Assembly (NCBI RefSeq): GCF_009914755.1
Contig: NC_060926.1
Strand: one strand, 5' to 3'
Source: the human T2T-CHM13v2.0 reference genome, Homo sapiens
DNA length: 64,000 nucleotides
Shown here piece by piece: positions 58,123 through 64,000 of the stretch; position 1 is the first letter of the stretch; each line of letters starts with the position of its first letter. A program made the translations under genes and the position numbers. The notes beneath the pieces are model-generated. The model was given only the letters and a program-made list of their open reading frames with translations. It made no database searches and was not told where the DNA came from.

Positions 58123-59271
58123 TGACTATAAATACTCCAAACCTGGTGAGTACATTGTTCCCTTCTTAGTATTCTAAGACAGTTTATTATCTTCCTAAGC
58201 AGTTTACTACTTGTTCTAAGATAAAATAAGACCTTTAGAATAAGGCTTTAGCATCATCATAGTTATCCCAAAATAGTATCTTATTTTGAGACTTCTGCAT
58301 GAATTATGTTCAGTTAAAAGAGACTCAGTAAAAGTAATTATACCTCATGTTTTTTACAACTCCTTTGATCCATGAGCGAGGTATTTACAGACTATATGAT
58401 GGCATATAGTAGGAAAAGACTGTGATTCATCCCAATTACAAAGATGTTTTCTAGGAAAGAAACTCTGGAGAAATGTCTGTGTCTTTACTAATGGTTTTGG
58501 GACTTAAACAAATAAATCTTGTCTTTTCTGTGTATGGTTGTAAATGGTCGTAATTTTATACTTGCAAATATCAATTTGATCTGAATCAAACTTTTCCAGC
58601 ATAGTTGGCCTATTTGTAAGGTTGGATATCCACAGGCTGAAATGGATATATGCTGTCTAAGGTATCAGCGGTTTATCTGGATTTTAGGTACTAGTAACAT
58701 CTTTGAACGTAAAATCTGAGAAGTATCCTTTGGGTGCAGCAACTATAATGTATTTGATGACCTTAGAGAGGGAATAGTTTCACAGGAACGAGGCAACAGG
58801 AGCCAAATGTAAGTGAAGAGTGATATAAGTGGAGATATGTAGTTTAGATGACTGCTACAGGGAGTTTCCTGATGAAGCGGAGAGGGCTGGGGTGTAGACA
58901 ACAGAAAGGGGAAGCTGCCTCAAGGATGAATAGAAGAGTTTAGCATTTTTAAATGCTGAGAAGATTATGTAGAAGAACAGCTGAACGTGAAAGGATTAAC
59001 AATGGAGCAGTTTTCTGAGAAATCAGTAGAGGATAGGAGCAGAAATCAGGTTAAGAGGGACTCCTCATTTTGTAAGGCAGGAGGCAAGGTTCAGCTGAAT
59101 ATATATTTTTGTTTGACTTTATAAATACTCCAAGCCTGGTGAGTAAATCGTTCCCTTCTTAGTATTCTAAGAGAGTTTATTATCTTCCTAAGCAGTTTAC
59201 TACTTGTTCTAAGATAAAATAAGACCTGTTGGCTTTAGCATCATCATAGTTACCCCAAAATAGTATCTTAT
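58123..59271 (+). repeat. About 160-bp direct duplication (58123-58284 and 59114-59271)
   Basis: Aligned by eye: 5 substitutions plus two small indel regions. Confidence 0.95.
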
Positions 59272-59739
59272 GGTTGGGAGTAGGTGGTGAGAAGGTGAGG
59301 GATGCTTTGCTGGAAGGCCCTGTGCTCTCTGTCAGATCAGAGGTTAGGTAATCTGATGATGGTGGGGTTACAAGGGGATGGAGGTGATTAATCAGAGTTT
59401 GGAATAGTTGTTGTGGTAAATGAGAAAAGGAAGCTGACCAAAACCAAGTTAAGAGCATTGCTGAGCTCTCAAACCTCAGACTACAGAGCCAGTCTGGGCT
59501 CTTGCCTCTACTTAAGTTCCATCCAAAGTGGTGACTTGACATGCCTCACAGTGGCCCACTCCTTCCCACCACCTGCAGTACTCCCATCTCTTCTGCCTTT
59601 GATTAGATACCCCTGTTCCTTTATGCCTATCTCAGGAAGATCATTTCTTGATCTCTTCAGCTGGAAGTCCTGTCAGTCCCCCTCCAGTCTTCTACAACAG
59701 TTGAACCCATCTTAAGACTCACACAGTTTCTGGGTGATT

Positions 59740-60370
59740 AGGAAATTAGTATGTTGAAGAGACACCTGCACTTCCATGTTAATTGCAGCCCTACTAATAA
59801 TAGCCAGGATATGTAGTCCACCTAAGTGTTCATAATCAGATGAATGGATAAAGAAAATTTGGTGTGTAAGTATATACAATGGCGTTCTATTCAGCCATAA
59901 AAAGAATGAAATCTCATCATTCCCAGCAACATGGATGACCCTGGAGCACATAATGTTGAGTAAAATAAACCAGGCACAGAAAGATAAATTCTGCATGGTC
60001 TCACTTATATGTGGAAGCTTTAAAAGTTGATCTCATAGGAGTAGAGAGTAGAATAGTGGTTACTAGAGGCTGGAAAAGTGAAGGGAAATAGCCAAAGGTT
60101 GGTTAATGGATACAACAGCACAGCTAGATAGGAAGAATAAATTATAGTGTTCTATAACACTGTGGGGTGACTATAATTTACAGTAATTGATTGTATACTT
60201 GTAAATAGCCAAAAGAGCAGCTTTTCAGTGTTCTCAACACAGGAAGTAAGTGTTTGAGGTAATGGATATGCCAGTTACTGATCTGATCATTACACATTGC
60301 ATACATATCTTAAAATAGCACACTACCTCATAAATAGGTACAATTATTTGTCAATTAAAAATACTAAAAA
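59740..60370 (+). mobile_element. L1MA-like 3' end
   Basis: tattcagccataaaaagaatgaaat...gtagagagtagaatagtggttactagaggctgg...tgatctgatcattacacattg. Confidence 0.88.
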
Positions 60371-62224
60371 GCAAGAATAATCACTTAATTAGAAAATATA
60401 TTTTTTCCTCTATACTAGAGTGTAAGCTCCTTTGGGTCAAGGAGCTTCTAAAACCAAAGTAAAAGCATTGAATCAGTCAGTCTCTGTTTCTCCTTTTCCC
60501 CCTTTCCCCCTCTCCTCACCCCTGCCCCTGCCCCCCTCCCATGGCAATGGTGCTAAATTGTTCAATAAATATTGAATGAATATATTAATGAATGTAACAG
60601 ATATACTTCAATCAAATTGTATATGAGATCAGTGAACTTCTACAGGAATATATTTGTCAGAATTCTTTATGAGGCTAATAACCCACAGGCACCACCTTGA
60701 AGAATATTATTTTATGAGGATATATAACTCCTCTTCACAATGGCAGTGATTGTATTTGTAGGTGATTATCCTAACTTGGTGGCTCAGGATATTTTGTATT
60801 TGGCTTATTTGCTCTCTCCTAGCTGTAAGGAGCTTATGCCAAGCACAATCTCTGTTGTCCAACTTTGCTTATTATGCAGCTTTTACAGCAACTTTTCTAA
60901 TAGTTTGGATGTAAATGCCATAATGTATCATAAGCCCAGATTCCTTTTAAAAATTTCATCCCCATAGCCTTCCTTTTAAATTTTATTTTAGTTTATTTCT
61001 CACTCACTGACTCACCGTGCTATGTTGAGGGAACTTTGTGTACCAAGTGCAACATCATATTCTATTGGCCCTATAACGTTTGGCTAGGAGAGGAAAACTC
61101 AGGATGAAAACATCAAAGAGGCAGCAATTACAGAAAATGGGAATGTTAGATGTCACAGAGTATGATGGAATATGCCTGAGAATTCTCACCTTTTATGCAG
61201 CCTTAAGTTCCATTGGCTAATAGCTTGTAACATTTACATAAATTGAAGCAGATTGCTATTCTTTTATAAAGGTCATCCTCTTTTATGACTTCAGAACTTT
61301 TAATAATTCAGATCTTTGTATTCTGCTGACCATTTTTCTGCACTATAAACCAGTTCATTTTATTTTATACTCTAATTAGCTCTTTATTTAAAGTGTTTTT
61401 ATTTAAAGTGTTGGCACACAAGTTTAAGATAAGCTAAATTAGCCAACACATATAACTAGCTATTGGGTATTAATCAAAAGGATGATAGTATGGCTTACTG
61501 TTAAAATAAAACTCAGTATTTAGATCTTAATTTGCAATTTGAGGAGCTAAACCAGAAGTTTCTCAGATGCATCTATTGCCTCTTTTGCTATCTTGGGAAT
61601 AGAGATAGGTAGCAATTACAAGTCAAATTTCATTTCTGTAAACTTTAAGATCATGGGTTTCGTTGTTTCATTAAAGTGCCATCCAAAAATAGTGTTCTAC
61701 ATCACCACAATAGCAGTGTTGTCCTCTGGCTGCCATTGTCCTTACCCAAGGCCTAAAAAGCACATACTTGATTTTTTTTTCTGTTTCAGTATTTTAGTCC
61801 ATCCACTTGTAAACAGATTTCCCACCACAACCCCCAATGCAGTTTCTGTCTGGCAAGATAATGCTGAAACATCATACTCTCACCTTGGGGAAGGGTGGTT
61901 GGAAAAGATAAAACCCTTAGCTTCCAGGTCCATCTGCTGAAATTGTCCGAATTTGGCCAGTGTATTATATTAAGTGATAGCAAATGGAGAGAAAAGAAGA
62001 AAATGAATCTTGACGAGTGAGCTGCCATCATTTCTGTGGCAGTCTTTACCAATACTGTTAAATTTCTACCCATTGGATTTTTCAGGCTTCTAATTATTGG
62101 TATGTATATTATATGTGGTGTTTGTGTAGCCACTCAGGATTTTAAATTTGCTTTGGTTTGGTTTTTTTCATGTTGAATTAGGTGGGAATGTTTGAAATAA
62201 ACAAGAAGATAAGGGAAGGGCTCT

Positions 62225-62447
62225 TTTCTTTCCTTTTAAGTTCCAGGATACATATGCAGAACGTGCAGGTTTGTTACTTAGGGATACGTGTGCCAAAGTG
62301 GTTTGCCGCACCTGTTGACCCTTCCTCTAACTTCCCTCCCCTCGCCCCCCACCTCTCAGCAGGCCCTGGTGTGTGTTGTTCCCCTCCCTGTGTCCATGTG
62401 TTCTCATTGTTCAACTCCCACCTATGAGTGAGAACATGCAGTGTTTG
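62225..62447 (-). mobile_element. L1PA 3' end (5'-truncated, about 220 bp)
   Basis: gcagaacgtgcaggtttgttac...tgtgttctcattgttcaactcccacctatgagtgagaacatg. Confidence 0.9.
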
Positions 62448-64000
62448 TTTTTATTTCTATTTGTGGCCATCTTCTTGGATCCCGTCAGCCAAACTGGTCT
62501 TTTCTTTTTCTGAATCCGTGTAGCAGTTTAACTGTATGTCTATTAAGATTCCTCAGTGTTGTAGTTACATGCGTGAACCTCTCTTCTCTACCCTGTTAGC
62601 CTGTTGACTACCCTGTTCTTGCTTCCTTTTTTTACCCGCACTCAATGCATCTAGCCAAAAATAGCTTTGTTGTTGTTGCAGTTGTTCTTAACTGTTCTGG
62701 CTGGCTGAATCACATTTAGAATGGCTTTAATAATAAGGAAGGCTTCTTGTTGACTTTAATGAATTCATTCAAGATATAATGTGTATGGTAGGTACAGATG
62801 TCACAGTCTTAAAGAGGGTTAAAGAATATCACTGCTTTGTATGGTATAGAGCTTGATGGTGTATGGCCACACTCTGACAATATCCTGGAAGGTTCTCTGG
62901 ATTTCTTGCTGTAATTCTTTCTAGTTTATTGTCTGTGTATAATTAGACAGTGCTTTCTAAGTAGCAAAACTTGGTTGTAGATACTGATGCAGCTTAGCAA
63001 AAAATGTTCTATGATGGCAGTTAGTCCAACTTTTATCTTCTTCAGGGCCATCAGGCCTCTGTAATAATTAGAATCCATAAAAACTGGCTATATTCTAGAC
63101 TAATATAAAAGTTTTATGTTCTTCAGTGATGTCTCAAGCACATCATAAAGCATCAGTGATCTTTCCAACAATGTTCCTTTGTGCCGGTGATTTGGGTGAT
63201 CGGAAAAGTTTGCCAGTGGAAGAACCACTTGCTGCCCTGATAAGGAACCAATATTACTATATTTCAAAAAAAAAAAAAAAAAAAAACCCTCTAGGCTTAC
63301 CTAAAGGACATGAGTAGAGGTAAGGTTTTATATATCAGAGTGATGTTGTAGCCAAGTTACAGTCTCTATGGGGTAAATGAGAAATAATCTTGATCATCAC
63401 GATGATGGGCTCATTTTTCAAACTACCTCTGTGTTGACCATGCTATCTGCCTTATTGCCTTCATTAAAACATAGCTGTCTCCTGACTCCATGCCTCTTCC
63501 TTGTTTCCCTCTCAAGCGCTGTTCATTTTCTCATATCTCACTACCATATAATGTTCTTAATTTACCTCTGATTTATCCATCCTCGGTAAAAAAAAATACC
63601 GAGTCAAAAAACATTTTTTTGAGCCTTTTGTCATCTAAATATAGCAACTTTTACCTCTCTCAGAAATCAGTCAACCCTTCACTACATCCTCTGCCTCAGC
63701 CTTCATTTCACTGGAGAGGGGAGACTTAGCACCTGGCTCAGTCTTCCATTCCCTCTCTAGTCTAGCCACATTCTTAGGTAAGTTCACCGTCTGCATGATA
63801 ACTCATGCCAGTTCCATGATCTCCTCATTATTCACACTACTTCATAGTTTGGATCTTGTCTTCAGGAATTGCTCCACCTGTTAAACGTTAAATTGCAACA
63901 TCTCACTCTCTAGGCTGTTTTTACTCTCATTAAGATCTCTCTTCCCTTAATACCCTTATGCTTTTTCCCTATCCATAATCATCCTTCTGTGTTCATGCTT

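Noticed and set aside
61383-61412. Perfect 15-bp tandem duplication (similar ones near 4637-4661 and 16971-17010)
   Set aside because: Ordinary slippage duplications with no array structure.
63266-63286. Orphan A21 run
   Set aside because: No TSD or upstream retroelement body identifiable; treated as a simple mononucleotide repeat.

Overview
Human (primate) genomic DNA from the middle of LCLAT1 (lysocardiolipin acyltransferase 1; LYCAT/ALCAT1/AGPAT8), transcribed on the + strand. Four GT-AG coding exons (3913-4081, 11439-11637, 40465-40611, 46379-46495) splice into a continuous 209-codon frame carrying acyltransferase motifs I-IV (NHRTRMD, YIFIHR, FPEGTD, LHPRT). The first exon(s) and the last coding exon lie outside the window. 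The rest is intron, dense in Alu, L1, L2/MIR/CR1, solo LTRs and DNA-transposon relics; subfamily names are assigned by eye and repeat edges are approximate. I found no prokaryotic-style system and no independent second gene. The most notable unexplained structures are: a spliced 98-aa alternative-frame ORF starting 8 nt after the main AUG; two retro-insertions sharing one palindromic TCTTAAGA endonuclease site; two near-consensus AluYb8 copies in one intron; (UG)20-26 tracts next to cryptic splice sites; a sense solo LTR next to an in-frame AUG/cryptic acceptor; circRNA-compatible exon pairs (one with a stopless ORF); and local templated duplications and palindromes. The functional readings are hypotheses.
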